A stretch of 57,006 bases of DNA from Octopus bimaculoides (lineage: Eukaryota). The notes under the pieces are model-generated. The model was not told where the DNA came from. It did no database searches and worked only from the letters and a program-made list of their open reading frames with translations. Positions within the stretch are counted from its first letter, which is position 1; each line of letters opens with the position of its first letter. The stretch is taken from the NCBI RefSeq assembly GCF_001194135.2, contig NC_068987.1:16604055-16661060 (forward strand), read 5' to 3'. The translations under genes and the position numbers were made by a program. Positions 38,566-53,064 of this stretch are shown in pieces.

Positions 38566-38989
38566 TTTAAAAACATGTACTGAAGTAAAATTATTCGAAT
38601 CCTTAGAAACCAGTTAAAACACGGACACAAATAAGTAATAAATTTATCCGTGACTTAATAGATTTAGTCACTAAATTTCTAAAGAGCAATGGCGGGATGA
38701 AAGAAGTTCATGTTTAACACGTTTGAGGGTAAAATTGCTAGATCTTAAATACAATTGAAACAATAAAATGCTTTATGTTTATGACGGTGCTTTCCGACGT
38801 CATATATCTAAGTTTGTTTCTAATTCTTATGCTGCCACTTGCTACGTTTATAGAATTTTATTGGAAAATAATTGTGAAACGATGATGATTTATAAATCGA
38901 TAAAATATGAAACAAAATGCAAAACTAATTAATAAACGCTTTTCATTTAATTTGAATATTTAAATAGCTAATTAGTAGAATCGCTAAGG

Positions 38990-39135
38990 TATTGGATAGA
39001 AGGCTTCGTGGAATTTGCTCCAACACTCTGCGCTCTGAATTTTATATTTCACCGAGATCGACTTTGCCTGACATCTTTTTGAGATCGATAAAAATGTACC
39101 AATAGAATAAGGTTGGATAACCGGATCTATTAGAG
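38990..39135 (+). mobile_element. SINE family A, degenerate
   Basis: CACCGAGATCGACTTTGCCTGACATCTTTTGAGATCGATAAAAATGTACCA. Confidence 0.65.
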
Positions 39136-39814
39136 AGTCGAATAAGATGGCTTGCCATTTGTGTTCTGACAGCAACGCCTGCGACCTTAAGCTGTATCGG
39201 TAGAAGTCGTCAGCCATTTTGCTTGGATAGCTGTCCGTGGCACAGAGAGAGGATAATTGCATGCATAGCCAATTTCTTGTCTTCTTAAAAAAAAAAAGCA
39301 TGAACTAAGTCCGGTCCAGTTCCGCACATGTATGGTCAACGTTAAATGACGCTGGTACTACGTAGATAACTGCAAATAAACATGAACTAAAAAATCCAGA
39401 TCAAACATTTTGTAAAATAAGTATATTCTTAATTGACGTCTTAAAAAATTAGATTCCTCCTACTGCTACTACATAGGTGTATATTTTTCCATTAATTAAT
39501 TTACACCTAAATTTAATCAATGCAATGCTCTCTGTTTTCCCCAACAGCTCAAATAATTCTTTGTCTCTGAACCAGGGACGATCCGGGAAAATCCTTTCTC
39601 TTTGAAACTTCCCGTTTTTCTCTGATCTCACCTCCTCCACTAATTCTCATAGGTTTGGATAAAGCATGAAACATGTCATCGTTTCCCAAGTTTGTTTAGT
39701 TTCTAATTTAGAAGATTCTAGCATGTTTCTACCTTGTCTCCATTGATGAATAAAACTAACAAATTTGTTTGGAACGTAAATGAAAAGTAAACAAAATCGC
39801 CGATGACGAATAAT

Positions 39815-40690
39815 TGATTCTTTGGCACATGACCAGAAATTTTCAAGCGAAGGGCATGTTGATTAAATGCTCCCCGGGCACTTGACTGGTACTTTATTTT
39901 ACCAAATCCAGAAGAATGAAAGGCAAAGTTGACCTCAGTGAGATTTGAACCCAGGTCGTAAAGGGCCATACCAAATACCGCAAAGAATTTTTTTCGATTT
40001 TCTACTCTAACGATTCGGATAAATGACCGTCTACATGTATGATATTATGAATGTTTTTCTAAACTAGGTATATGGCCATCAGTTTTGAAGGTAGGGGACA
40101 AGTCGATACCTTTCCCTCAGTAAATGATTGGTAGTTTATAGATTCTCAAAGTTTGAATGTTAAAGTTGACTTCGGTAGTATTTGAACCCGGCTCGTAAAG
40201 AACCAAAACAAATACTGCAAGACATTTTACCCGATTCTCTTAATTCATCACTGTTGTTTGTATTTTAGATACTTAGCCGACGACCTTCGACCCTAGTACT
40301 TAACTGGCATCTTATTTTATTGAAGTCGGAAGGATAGAGGGGAACAGTTGACCTAGACAGGATTTGAGCACCGGCCACAAATAACCGAAAAACACACCAT
40401 CAATAACAACTCTGCCAATCCTACATCCTTACGCACCAAACAAATAGCTGTTACTGATTTAAAGTGATACAACTGATCATTTCCAATATAAGCACAAGAC
40501 TTGAAATTCAGGGAAGGATATTAGTCAATATCATCGACCCCAGCACCAGCCAAGTACTGACTGGTGCTATATTGCATTCGACGCTGAAATAATGAAAGGC
40601 AAAGTTGACCTCAAAATGTAAAGAGCCGGAACAAATAATGAAACAGATTTTTAACGACGCTTTTATGATTCTTCCAGCTATCCCCTCTGG
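39815..40690 (-). mobile_element. Array of four degenerate family A SINEs in the same orientation
   Basis: AAAGTTGACCTC-like landmark near 39925, 40163, 40347 and 40602. Confidence 0.75.
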
Positions 40691-41959
40691 TGACACTGAT
40701 AACACAAGAAATCACCAATTACATACGCCACCAATTGTGTATTAGAGAAGAACGTTCTTTGACTGTGTGCACCAGTATTTTCACATTTATCACTTTCCAG
40801 AGTTGTTAATGTTTTCTATTATCACAATACAGAATGTTTCATTTATTTATTCTTTAAATTCGACCTTTATCGCGACATTACTAATACATTTTTGTTGTTT
40901 CTTATACTTTTGTTGTTAGTAAAACCATCATGTGCTACCACCAGCTACTATATTGTGGGCGGTTGACCGACTATCTAGTTTTTGTTTTACATTTGTCTTT
41001 TATTAATTGTTGTTTCTTCAATCCTATCATCTCTATGATGTTATCAATCCAGTTTTTTTTTTCTTCTGTAGTATTTATAATACAGCTCAAAATATACTTT
41101 CAAAATTTTTTTTTTCCAACTTAACTCTCGGCGGAAGTGTTATGAAGAGAAATAATGTTTTCAAGATTGAATTTGATACTAAAAAAATGAAGAAAAAACG
41201 TCCAACATTTTCCTAGCAGTGACACAGCATGGCCACAACTAACTGGCTGAAACCAGTTTTCTGTGCTTTCTATATTTTCTTCATAAGCTGGAAATTATTC
41301 CTACGTGGCTGCTTGGTTTCCTAGAAACAGTAGCCAATGGACCTCAAATTCCACCCTCTTGCCTTATAAAACGAAAGACACACTCGAATGTATAATACAT
41401 ACAATACAATATTCATTACTTCTCTATAATAACAGAGAACATAATTTGATTACTGTTTTAGATGCTGTGTTTTTCGAGATTTATCTCTATTATTTCAACT
41501 CAGAAAGAAATTGATTCAAAGATTTAATTGATCAAACAGCAACTGATAATTATAAAGCTTCCGAACAAAACATAATTAGTCGACAAAGATAGTAAATTTA
41601 GACACAATGACAGACAATGACATTTGAAAAGAGATAAAATATGAAACTATGGCTGACGTTAGATCAGTAACTCTCAATCTTTTTGACTTTGTTGCGAGCT
41701 GGAGATCAAAAACAAACTAACAAAATAAAAACATGAAAAATTAAAAAAAAATACTGAAACAAAACAATTACTGGCGTACTGGAGATTAGATTAACAATAA
41801 AAAGTTTTACTGGTACAATTTCATGAAAAGTTTATTTTAAAAAAATTAATTCTAAAATTTAGAAACAATTAAAACAATCTAGAGCTTATCGTATTTTATT
41901 AATTATACTTACGCATACAAAAAAAAAAAAACTTATATGTTTTTTTTTTAAGACACTCA

Positions 41960-42153
41960 ACATTGGTTTGGAACTTTAGCAAAAAGCCAGCAATTTCGGA
42001 GGAGTGGGGTAAGTCGGTTACACCAAACTCAATGCTCAGCTAGTACTTACTTTATCGACCCCGATAAATTTGAACTTTGAACGTAAAAACGCACGAAATG
42101 CCGCTAAGAATTTTGCCCAGCGTGCTAACGATTCTGTCAGCTCGCCGCCTTTA
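41960..42153 (-). mobile_element. SINE family A with internal deletion
   Basis: CTTTATCGACCCCGATAAATTTGAAC...GCGTGCTAACGATTCTGTCAGCTCGCCGCC (intact head). Confidence 0.85.
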
Positions 42154-43984
42154 AGATGTTCAATGTTACTGTGAAGTGTGTTAAAGCTTTTTCATGATAA
42201 AAAAAAAAAAAAATCTGTAGTACATCTAAGTATACTAAATCTTCTTTTGCCTTTTTACAACTTAGTCAAGGAGGAAAGAGCAGCACCAATAGTCCTTTAT
42301 TTCTTCAGCATCTTAGAAATTAGTGTGTGGAACGGCAAAGCATATCTTTAAACTGGAGACGTGGTTTGCATGCTTCAAACAGCGTGAGCCCTACTAAAGG
42401 CACCTGAAGATAAGGGAACGGTGTTAAACCAGGTGATGGGATACCACCCAAAAATTCAAAACGCATGGGACAAGAATTAATACTACAAGGTATCTTGTCT
42501 GACACACAAATTCGCCAAACCATCGTCCTAGATTGGCACTTTATATTGCAGGAAAAGACGAAACGTAAACTTGAATTTGAGCATTGGAACAAAGGAAAAG
42601 TGTGCAGTTGCTTCTTCATTGACTCGATCTGCAGGTAAATAAAAGAAGAAACGGGGCAAAGTATTCGACTGAGTCCCAGATCGTTAGGTGGGAGCAGACC
42701 CGTGATCAAGATCAAATCGTTTCTGCAATGACCATCCAGTCCGCTTTAATATCACGGACGAAAATATTTTTTTATTTAAAATAGTTGAGTGTTGTTTGAA
42801 GGAGATTTGGCTTGTGTTTCAAACAAATTGAGTGATGACATATATACAGGCTTCCACGTTTGGCAGAAAATGGTAGAGCACTGGATTAAGTTGAATTACA
42901 TTATTTAGTATATTGTCCTTGTTGAAACCTTAAGCAGTTCTGTTCGAGCAGGTGGATGATCAGATGTATTCCATGCTGATCATTCAACCATTTCTTAATA
43001 TCGAACATAATATTGCCCAATATATCCAAATTTATTTTATAAATGTAGAATGTAATTTGGGAGAGATTTTGGCTGTCATTTTCTAGCAGGTCGAGCAATC
43101 ACATAAAGGTTCTCTCGTCAACAGGTATTTAGTTTCTTTGTTCTGTGCTCTGTATTAAAATTCCATTGAAGTTAACTTATCCCTTCACGCCTCCCAAGTC
43201 AATGCAAATAATTACAAGTGATAATACAGAAATCGAATGAATCAGTAAAATTTCATCATAGCGTCATTTATTACATATTTACTTTGTGTGCGCTTCAAAA
43301 CAAACAAACAAAAGAACTATTATTGTGACAGCTAACATAAACTATTGAAAAACGATAGCAGAATTCACGCTGTTTATCTTGTCAATTCTTTCAGAACTGA
43401 TTTTTAAAATTAAATGCCTATCTAGAACCTAAGCAATTCTTCAGTCATAAATTTTAACTACTGTAAACAGTAGAAGCAATGATGAGCCGAGCGGCTCTAC
43501 GATCAATACATTGTGTGGTTTGTTCTTGGGTTAAATATATAACAAGTTCTGCTCGCTAGTCACATGGGGGGAATATTTCAATGGTTACTGTGTTATGTAT
43601 GAAGGCGAAATTTAAATATATTAGTGATTTGAGATATGAACGGTTGAGAAAAAGTGCTCATCAAATGACAGCAATGATCCAGGTTTTATCCTCTGTTGGC
43701 TGATGTTCAGTTTATTTACGTTGCTAAATACCTTTTAGAAATAGCTTTAACATCGTAACGTCTTTCAATCCAATTCCATTAAAATATAGAGCCATTGTGC
43801 ATAGTCAAACAGCAAGTAATGCAACCTTGGCGTGAGGTGCAGGAGGTGACAGAAGCAGTAAGGAGGCCAGGGCAATGATTTACAGTATTCATTTTCCTCA
43901 ACTAAAAGCCATACTTTAAATAAGCTAAAGATAAAATCCGAACAGAATCAATAACGCAACCATGTGAAATGTATGCAGAGTAGT

Positions 43985-44130
43985 GTTCGATAAGTAGTAG
44001 CGTTAGACGGTTGGAAAAATGCTTTGTGATAACTGTCTTGGCTGTTGCCGTTCCGAGTTCAAATCCAACCTAGAACAATATTTTGTCTTTTATTCTTACA
44101 GAGGCGATAAAATAAAGTGATTCATGTACT
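43985..44130 (+). mobile_element. SINE family A, degenerate
   Basis: GTTCCGAGTTCAAATCCAACC...GGCGATAAAATAAAGT. Confidence 0.5.
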
Positions 44131-45619
44131 GAAGTCAGACTCCGCTTTACATCTTCTTTGAAGCCTTGGCTGTCCGAAGAATTTTGTCCTATACGTTCAT
44201 GCTTGTTTTCAGATTTTTAGTTAGCCCTTATTCCATACGTTCTGAGTAATAAAAAGTTTCCCGTTCATATTTCTCAAGTTACTCTGGTGGTTGGAAAAAA
44301 TTTGAGAATGTATATCATATATGATGCATGAACGCTAGGTCCTGTTTATCACATGTAATACTCAGGACTGGGAAACGGTTAAGGGTCGGTCGAACCTTGC
44401 AGTGGCAAGGACGGGATGCAATTTATCGTATCTCTTTTCTCCAAGACAACCCCTTTCACTTTGATGCAGTGGAAGACTATAATCGTGAAGTATCTAGCAC
44501 AGTATGACATATGATGATAACTAATGTATGTATGGATAGATATATTAGTGATATTTATCAGTCTTCAAATGCCAAAATGTAAAGCTAGATATATGAAAGA
44601 AAATCCAGAAATGTATTAATTCCGTGCTATGGCTGCTATACTCATTTCCATTGCACTGACATTCAATCAACAATAATTGGCATAATTATCTCTTAAAGAA
44701 TGAGGATACTAATCTATAATATTATAGGCATGAATTCTTTGGTTGGCTAACTGTATTGAGTGTAACTAAACCGTATGTCATTTCGACATCTTCATGAAGT
44801 AGGCATATATATTTCATATATATTTTCCTCTTACACGAATAACTAATCTAGACCTAAAATGGCTACACACAACCCCTCCTCTCTCTCTCCCGCACACACA
44901 CACACACACTCCAAGGAACGGTTATCCAATTCCTGAAAAGAAATAAAAAATAAACAAATACAAAAGAAAATACTGCAATATATTTTCTCTTTCTACACTC
45001 ACACTATAAATAACTTACAAAATACTTGAATGATGTGAAAATACACGAAGTAGCTCTTTAGTTTATTTAGTATTCCTTCGCCGTTTTCCTTTATTTCTTA
45101 ACATATTGTATATCTGCTCAACAAATAACGTTCGTGCATTTTTAACAAGTAGTTCGACATAAATTTAAGAGGAAAAAGCCTATTTCACTATATTTACTTT
45201 AAGATATTGTATGAATTCTTAGGTGAAAGAACTGCCTTAGCTTGATAATTTTTCTTCATTGCTAGTTTTTTCTACAATCATTTTTGTTTCTGCTTATGTT
45301 TAAAATCGTATCACCTGTTATTTGGAATTCATCTCTGCAAGACTGAAGGAAGCTTTTATGGGTAACAGAAAATTAAGGGCAATTTATTTTTTCGTGTACA
45401 CTTCTTATTCCATATAACTTCAACACAGATTCTTGTGTGAATATTCTTGGACTGTTTTTACATATCGTAACCAAATTAATTCTCTTAGAGACTAGAGTTT
45501 CCAATTTCTTCATAACGTGACTTTAGACAAAAATGGAGGTATTGAACAAATAAGATGCTATTTTAAAGCATAAGTTTATGAAATATTTAGGAAATATTTA
45601 ACGTAAGTGCATTAAGTAT

Positions 45620-45672
45620 GTATGAATGCATGTATGTATGTATGTATGTATGTATGTATGTATGTATGTATG

Positions 45673-45720
<48 letters not shown>

Positions 45721-46310
45721 ACACACACACACACACACACATACACACACAAACACACACACACACATAAAAGAATTAGTATTTTCCTCAATAATATTAG
45801 CTATTTCTCTAAAATAAAGTGAACTGCAAAATCAAAAGTAGATAGCTACTTTGTCTTATATTTATCTGTAGCTACACAACACACGCCATTTTAAAAACAA
45901 AGATGTTATAATTTTGAATTGGTACGTAGTGCATGGCTTTACAATTTCATAGCAGATCTAATGCAGTAATGTGACTCTCTGGATATCAAATGTATAAAAG
46001 TTAAATGAAATTACTCCAAATGGGAATTGAAATTCGCTTGCAGTTCTGGCTTCGCAGAAGCCTGACTTCTAACGATAGTAATGTCATTTCGTTAAATTGC
46101 TTCTGGTACTCTTATTCCTATGGAATATCCACTTACGATTTTCGATACTGACCTAGCAGTATCAACTAATTACCCGCTTGGTATTTGATAACCTAATGGA
46201 TATATATATATATATATATATACACGCATATAAATGTATGTAAATGTGTATAAAAATATATATACATATATCTGTATATGTATGTATACATGTATGTATT
46301 TATGTGTGTG

Positions 46311-46401
<91 letters not shown>

Positions 46402-47118
46402 TAGTAACATAAGCGAAAATCTACACTTTGCTAAATGTCTCAAAAACTGCTTCTCGGAGGAAATAAGGAAAGGTCACTGACCACTCACCATGTTACTTTA
46501 GAAATATCTTGATTGCAAGAAAAATGCTGAATATTACTTCATACAAACATATTTGTATGTTCTGTGTATCAACTTCTAAGTGCTATTGATGTCTATCTAA
46601 CAAGTTACACACAGTAGGAAATAAGCTCCAACTGATACGCTTCCGCCAAATCACTTTGTTCTTTGGTTTCTCTCTGCTCAGCTAATAGACACGGCTAATG
46701 GTCTTGAGGAAAAACACAAACCTCACAACTAAATTTACAAATTTGTTACGTTGTTGTTTGAGTCACATATTTTATGTCTTTTGATGATAGTCTATATATA
46801 TACATTGCTTGAGCCGGTTATGTATAAATATGGAAGTCTGTCCTACTTGGATTTGCTGCAATCTCATAAAAGTGTTGGGGTTTAATGACCTTTTATTAAT
46901 CGAGCTCTTAATTAGCATGGATTTATTCTGTGACATAAATTCTCCGTATGGACAGATGTACATTAATTCTCCATATGTATATATATATATATATATATAT
47001 AAATACACACTCACATAAATATGAATAACATATCATATATATGTTTTAATTTGTTATATATATATATGTATATATATATATATACACATATGTATCTAAA
47101 TGCGTCAGTGTTTATCTT

Positions 47119-47196
<78 letters not shown>

Positions 47197-47268
47197 CCTG
47201 TGTCTATATGTACTCACGCACACACCACACACATGAACACACACACACACACCATCATACATACATGC

Positions 47269-47299
<31 letters not shown>

Positions 47300-47340
47300 C
47301 GTACATACATACATACATGACATTACAGGCAATATACATA
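45620..47340. repeat. Three compound microsatellite blocks (about 45620-45770, 46200-46400, 46975-47340): (TATG)n, (TATC)n, (TGTC)n, (CA)n, (TA)n
   Basis: Read directly. Confidence 0.93.
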
Positions 47341-48213
47341 TGTATATATATCGCCTGCAATATTGAATACAGCGAACCGTGTCGCACAAATTATACAAGA
47401 GTAGATAATCTATTTAAATCCAATATAGTATTTTTGTTTATAATGTATATGTTGATACACAAAACAGGGTCGTTTATGGGGCCGAATTCGACTCTACATT
47501 TTGAATGCAAATCATACCAAGGCTAGCTTCGTCTCTCATTCTAAAATACCAGTCAATTATCGGTATTAATTATATCAACTAACTTCCCATTCCTTAAAAT
47601 CGCTATCTTGGTGCTTAAATCAGAAGCCAATATTTATATTTATATAAAACAATTGATATATAATAAAAAATAATCTATTAAAATCATAGAGCTTTGTTAC
47701 ATTTTCTATTTTCCAAATAGAAGAGCGCGAGAAAAAAAAAACAACTTTTACACCTTGTTACTATATATTATACTCATTTCTATTTACGGTGTATAATATT
47801 CGAGAGAGGGTTAAGATAGTTTATGAAGTAGTAGCGTTCGAAAAGTTTGTTTCCATTTCATTCTGAAAACTGACTAGTGTATTGGGATGTGCTTTATAGT
47901 GATTAAAATATCAGACACAGAGATTTAAATTCACAGACTTACAACTGTTGCAATATTGACTGGAAGAATTGTTTTCCGAATACAATCAGGTCATTGATCT
48001 TGACTACGGTTTTTTTTTTGCCGTGAACTTATTTAGTTGATTTAACTATTTAATCGCCTGTTTGTCTACATATCCATCAGCTATATTGGTATCATTTCTA
48101 TCTTATACTTTTAAGAAGTAATACTGTGTACTATACAGAATATTCGTAAGTTTGTGGTAATTAGCCGAAGACACTGCACAGGTTGCAGGTAAGACAATTG
48201 GAAGCATCTCAAG

Positions 48214-48915
48214 ATCCATCCATCCATCCATCCATCCATCCATCCATCCATCCGTCTATCCATTTCTACGCTCATTATTCATGGAAGAGTCGTTGGTGTA
48301 GAATCCTCAGGCACATCCACCGCAGGGTCCTATTAGAAACAACCATCATTACTCCTTCCGGTTGGATCCCTAAGCGTGACCAACTGAGACAATACTATCC
48401 GGCCGTCTCGTTCTTGGTTAACTCCTTCGTCTCATGCCAGTTGGCTTGACTTGAAGAATCTGTCTTGCGATTTTCTTACTGCAACATTCTAATCACATGT
48501 CCAGAGTACCAGAAAAATGCAACCTCCCAATGCTAGGTAGTGGCTCCATCTGGAGATACTCCAAGATCTCCGAGCTATGCACCCTGTCGAGTAATGTTAC
48601 TCCAGAGATCTTTCGGAGGAACTCCATGTCGGCTGCTTGGTAATCGCGATGGTACTCTTTCGGTCATTACCCAACATTCATGACCAAAAGTGAGAATAGA
48701 ATTTTGAAGCTAATGCATTATTGTGCCAGGACCTGCAATTCTAGCATCCACTTCAGCCTCCTGCTTTTCATCACTCGTGAATATTTCACCGAGATACTTA
48801 AACTTCTGTACTTGTCTTAGTAATGGTTTACTAACATGCAGAATGCATTGGAAACACTTTCCTAAGAGGACCGATGTCTCAGTATTCACAACACTAAATC
48901 TCATCACTACCTTGC
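48214..48915 (-). mobile_element. 5'-truncated RTE-clade LINE (Rex3/Expander-like) with (GGAT)n tail
   Basis: Minus strand translation MRFSVVNTETSVL...RQVQKFKYLGEIFTSDEKQEAEVDARI...ILTFGHECWVMTERVPSRL/AADMEFLRKISGVTLLDRVHSSEILEYLQMEPL...GHVIRM...RLGIQPE, ending in GGAT repeats (48214-48255). Confidence 0.9.
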
Positions 48916-49419
48916 TATACTCGGCAAGACAAAATTCTTAATATTTTCTTCTATTCTATGGCTTACTTCACTTACACTCGTTTCTTAAACATGATGGGTG
49001 TGTGAAATAGGCCACTCAATCTTACCTCTAACACTTGGCCTCGATCTCATAGAATATTAAGATATTATTTCCATACCACGTCTCTTGTGATTTTTACCAC
49101 GAAAGAGATTTGTGAGTAAGTCACACTTTCAGATCGATAGAGGTGTTTTTCGAATTGAATGAATAAATATTTTATGTATTCTTGAAGTATTTAGTTGTTT
49201 TACAATAGGAATGAATTCAATTTGCAACCAATTACACCGACGTGTAGTCTTTATAACCTTTGTTGTTTAGTAGTCTGTTATTGTTGCTGTTGTTTCAATA
49301 ATTTCGTAGACCAAGCTTATAGATAAAATCTATGAACGCTTTTCTCATTGATGTTGTGTGTCAGATATCCCACATTGCATGTTTTCTCAGATTCAATGTT
49401 ATGATTTTATAGGGAAATT

Positions 49420-49975
49420 AGATAGCGTGTTGGTATTGTCGTTAAAATAGGAAAATGCTTTGCGTTTCTTTTGCCTCTTTACATGCTGAGTTCAAATTCT
49501 GCCTAGGTCAACATTGCTTTTCATCATTTCAGGATCGATGAAGTAAGGTTAAACATTAGGGTGGATGGTTTCAACCCAATGCTCCCTTCAAAATTCCTGG
49601 CCTTGTGTCTAAATCAAAGACCATAAAAAGTGGCGAGCTAGAAGAACTATTAAAGCATCCGTTTATATTTTGAGTTCAAAGTGCTTTGCAGTGTTTATCG
49701 CAGCTCTTTAAGTTCTTAGTTCAAATGTTGCTCAGATCAACTTTGCTTTTTATCCTTCTGGAATCGTTAAAATAAATTACTAGTCAAGCAATGGAGTCTA
49801 TAGAATCGATTAAATCCTCCTCTCAAAATTGCTGGCCTTGTCTCCAAATCAGAAACTATTATTTTATAAGGAGATTCAGGCAGCGAGCTGGCAGAATCGT
49901 TAGAGCGTATAATATAATATTTAGCAGCATTTTCTCTGACTTTTTATATTATGGGTTCGAATCTGACCAAGACAA
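49420..49975 (+). mobile_element. Array of three family A SINEs, head to tail
   Basis: GAGTTCAAATTCTGCC at about 49488; GTGGCGAGCTAG at about 49631; GGCAGCGAGCTGGCAGAATCGTTAG at about 49879. Confidence 0.75.
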
Positions 49976-50004
49976 TATGTAGTATAAACTAATACAGAAT
50001 GCAT

Positions 50005-50480
50005 TTTTTTATCTTTTACTTGTTTCAATCAATGGAATGTGGCCATGCTGTAGCACCGACTTGAAGGGTTTAGTCGAATAAGTTAACCCCAGTACTTGTA
50101 TTTTATGCCTGGTACATATTCTCTAGTCATCTTTCGCTGAACTACTAGGTTACAAGGACGTTAACGAACCAACACCGATTGTCAAGCGGTTAGAGGCGGG
50201 ATAAACACAGACACAAACACATACACACACATACATACATACATGCATATGTACGTACATACATACATACATACATACTCATACCAGATCACCCAGGACA
50301 CACAAACACACACATGCACACCCGCATGCACACACACACGACAGGTTTTCATACATATACTTAAATAGCACTGGTCGGTCTGAGGCTGTAATATAAGGTG
50401 CAGAAATGCATCCAAGTGGGGCTGTACCGGAAACTACATGGTTGCAAAGCGGGCTTCTTAACCACATAACTATACTTTTC
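50005..50480 (-). mobile_element. SINE family B with expanded linker
   Basis: GGCCATGCTGTAGCACCG...CCAACACCGATTGTCAAGCG...CCAAGTGGGGCTGTACCGGAAACTACATGGTTGC. Confidence 0.85.
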
Positions 50481-51504
50481 CTTATATAACGTCGAATGCA
50501 AATGGACCGTATTAATCATTTTAGAAATAAAAAAATCGTAGCTTTATATTCATGTCTTTCTCATACATCTGCCTCAGCCTTTTCTACCGTTGTAAAGAAA
50601 AACAGCAACAAAAATTTGTAGGAATTTAATTCACAGTAGTAGAGTTACACATTATATACAGTAATGCCACTTGACAGCTTCTAATTTATTTGGAGAGAAA
50701 TTTTATCCAGGAAGTCAGATGAGGAAGATTTTACATAAAATCCACTTTTAATAGTAGTAAGCAATCCTATTTTAGTTGCTGCAGTTAATAATAAATGAAT
50801 GGTGTATTCAGATTAGCGAAAGACAAGTAGTTTTGAAAATTTCATTTCTTTTATGTTTGTAAGAATGTTGCTGAAACTGGAGTAGGAAATAAGGTGTAGA
50901 TAAGCATGGATTAGAAGAGATTAAGCCGAGGTTAATGCACGCGGAATAATCTTCACGTCGGAATATTTTTTGACATAGAAAGTTAAAATGTCTGTATCGT
51001 AAGATCGACCTTCATAACAAGGAGAAGGAGGCATCTGTAAGCTTTGTGTGATCATGAATCTATGTTTTCGTCTCGTCTGCATACTAGCGGTTGCTGTGCT
51101 AATAGAGACCCACGTAGGAGCGACTGTCTTGGATCTCTAGAATGAACCAGAAAGATTTGCATTCCAGCAAAGTACAGCCCCTCCTCTCGTCCTTGAATTG
51201 AAATTCAAGTTGATTACTCTAGCTCATTGACAATCGACCAATACTTATCATTTTGTAACACGCGAGGCCACCTACGCGATCATTTTCTTACTAGAAACAG
51301 CAGACACATCTCCCTCAAATTGCACCTTGCTATCTTATATAAGTGCAAACATATTAGATAAGCCAACGTGTCATTAATTAAACGGGATGATCATGGCTGG
51401 AATGGGTTTGAACATATGTCTTCTTATTCAGAGTTGACCTGGGGTTAAACAACAACGATATGTCACCTTATAATCTACCCATGCGTTATTCTCTCAGTTC
51501 CACT

Positions 51505-51565
<61 letters not shown>

Positions 51566-51677
51566 ACTTATAAACTGTTTAATCGGCACCTACAGAAAAC
51601 GTAATTCTCTGAAAAAGGCTGCTACCCTAACATTTCAGACACCTCCTCGTCTTGACAGAAAAATAAAAATCAATATA

Positions 51678-51986
51678 CTGGTCGTTGTTGACTTACGACC
51701 GACCGACTTTACGACGATTGGAGCGCGAGCTCCCGGCAGCAATAATATATAGTCCAGTTGATATCTTCGGATGGCGCCAGCTAACAAACGCTTACCCTAG
51801 GTTTGGTTTTCGATCGCCACTGTGGTTATCCCAAGTGTTGGATGATTATCCTGCCGCGGAGACATCGAGGCAATCTCGTATTTGGTTACTAGACGACTGC
51901 TTGAGACTCCGAACAAATAACACGACCATACCGACTTACGACCAAACAGTCAGAACCAGTTATGGTCGTAAGTCGACGACAACCGG
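51678..51986. mobile_element. Tigger/pogo-like MITE, 309 bp, TA TSD
   Basis: TA|CTGGTCGTTGTTGACTTACGACC (51678-51700) and GGTCGTAAGTCGACGACAACCGG|TA (51964-51986). Subterminal CCGACTTACGAC-type repeats. Confidence 0.85.
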
Positions 51987-52967
51987 TATTTCACACTCGA
52001 GCTCTTTACACTTACGATTTGTGATCGTTATTCATTAATAGTTTTCTCCCAGAAATTTTGTATGAAGTATTCTTGTTAGGATAAACGAAACGGAACAAAT
52101 GCAAGCATAATAATAGAACTGCGGTATGATGCGATAGGAAAACTCCTAGATTCGTATTTGTATATCTTAATTATAGAGCAGCCGCGAACCAATTTTACAG
52201 TGTGTTGACATTCAAATCTAATAGAATATAGACTGTACTACATAATTAAACATACACTGATCTAATGAGCGCTATACGCTTCCCTGCATAAATCAAGTTA
52301 GCTTTAATTTAGAACTATAAACAACCATATCTCTATAACAATATTTCTTCCCCTTGAGTTGTTTTCATGTGCGATTATTTAGCCGACTACTTAGAAGAGA
52401 AACAGCTTGTTTTATTAGAACGTTTAAATACAAAGAGACAAGAAAGAAGAGAGATAAGGAAAGAAGAAAAGACAGGGTAAAAAAAAAATGGTGGTGGGGA
52501 TAATGCAGCGGAAGATGGAGTGGGAGGAGGCGATGGGACTCACATATCGCGGGGCTAATTTATCCGACCTGCTGTTACTGGTTTCATGTATTCTTACGTT
52601 TCTAACAGGCTGATTCTCTCCTGCGTGACTGAGAGGGTTTTCTCGTTTAGACTATGCGATTGCAAATACGAAAATGCAAAGCTGACATATGCATACGATT
52701 CACAATCTTAATCTGAACCGTACTTCATACGTAACGCAATGCTAGACTGTGTATCAAAACAAAATCAATTGTCATAACATAACAGTCATCCTCATCAAAG
52801 TATAAACGAAACTTTTTACATGCTTATTTTATTTTAGTCCTGTTTTTAGTTAAGACAAAGAAACAGTGTTGAGCCAATAAAGAAGCAAATGGAAATGCAA
52901 ACAAGCTGACTGCTCTTTGATCACACACACACACACATAAATATATGTAGATAGATAAATGCAGATA

Positions 52968-53050
<83 letters not shown>

Positions 53051-53064
53051 GCACATACATATAT

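Noticed and set aside
42320-42715. 131-aa minus ORF and an overlapping 83-nt plus-strand exon candidate (TTGCAG...GCAG|GTAAAT)
   Set aside because: No recognisable homology, moderate splice signals, and the ORF start lies in a family D repeat.
51685-52038. 117-aa ORF
   Set aside because: Lies within the Tigger-like MITE and shows no transposase motifs.
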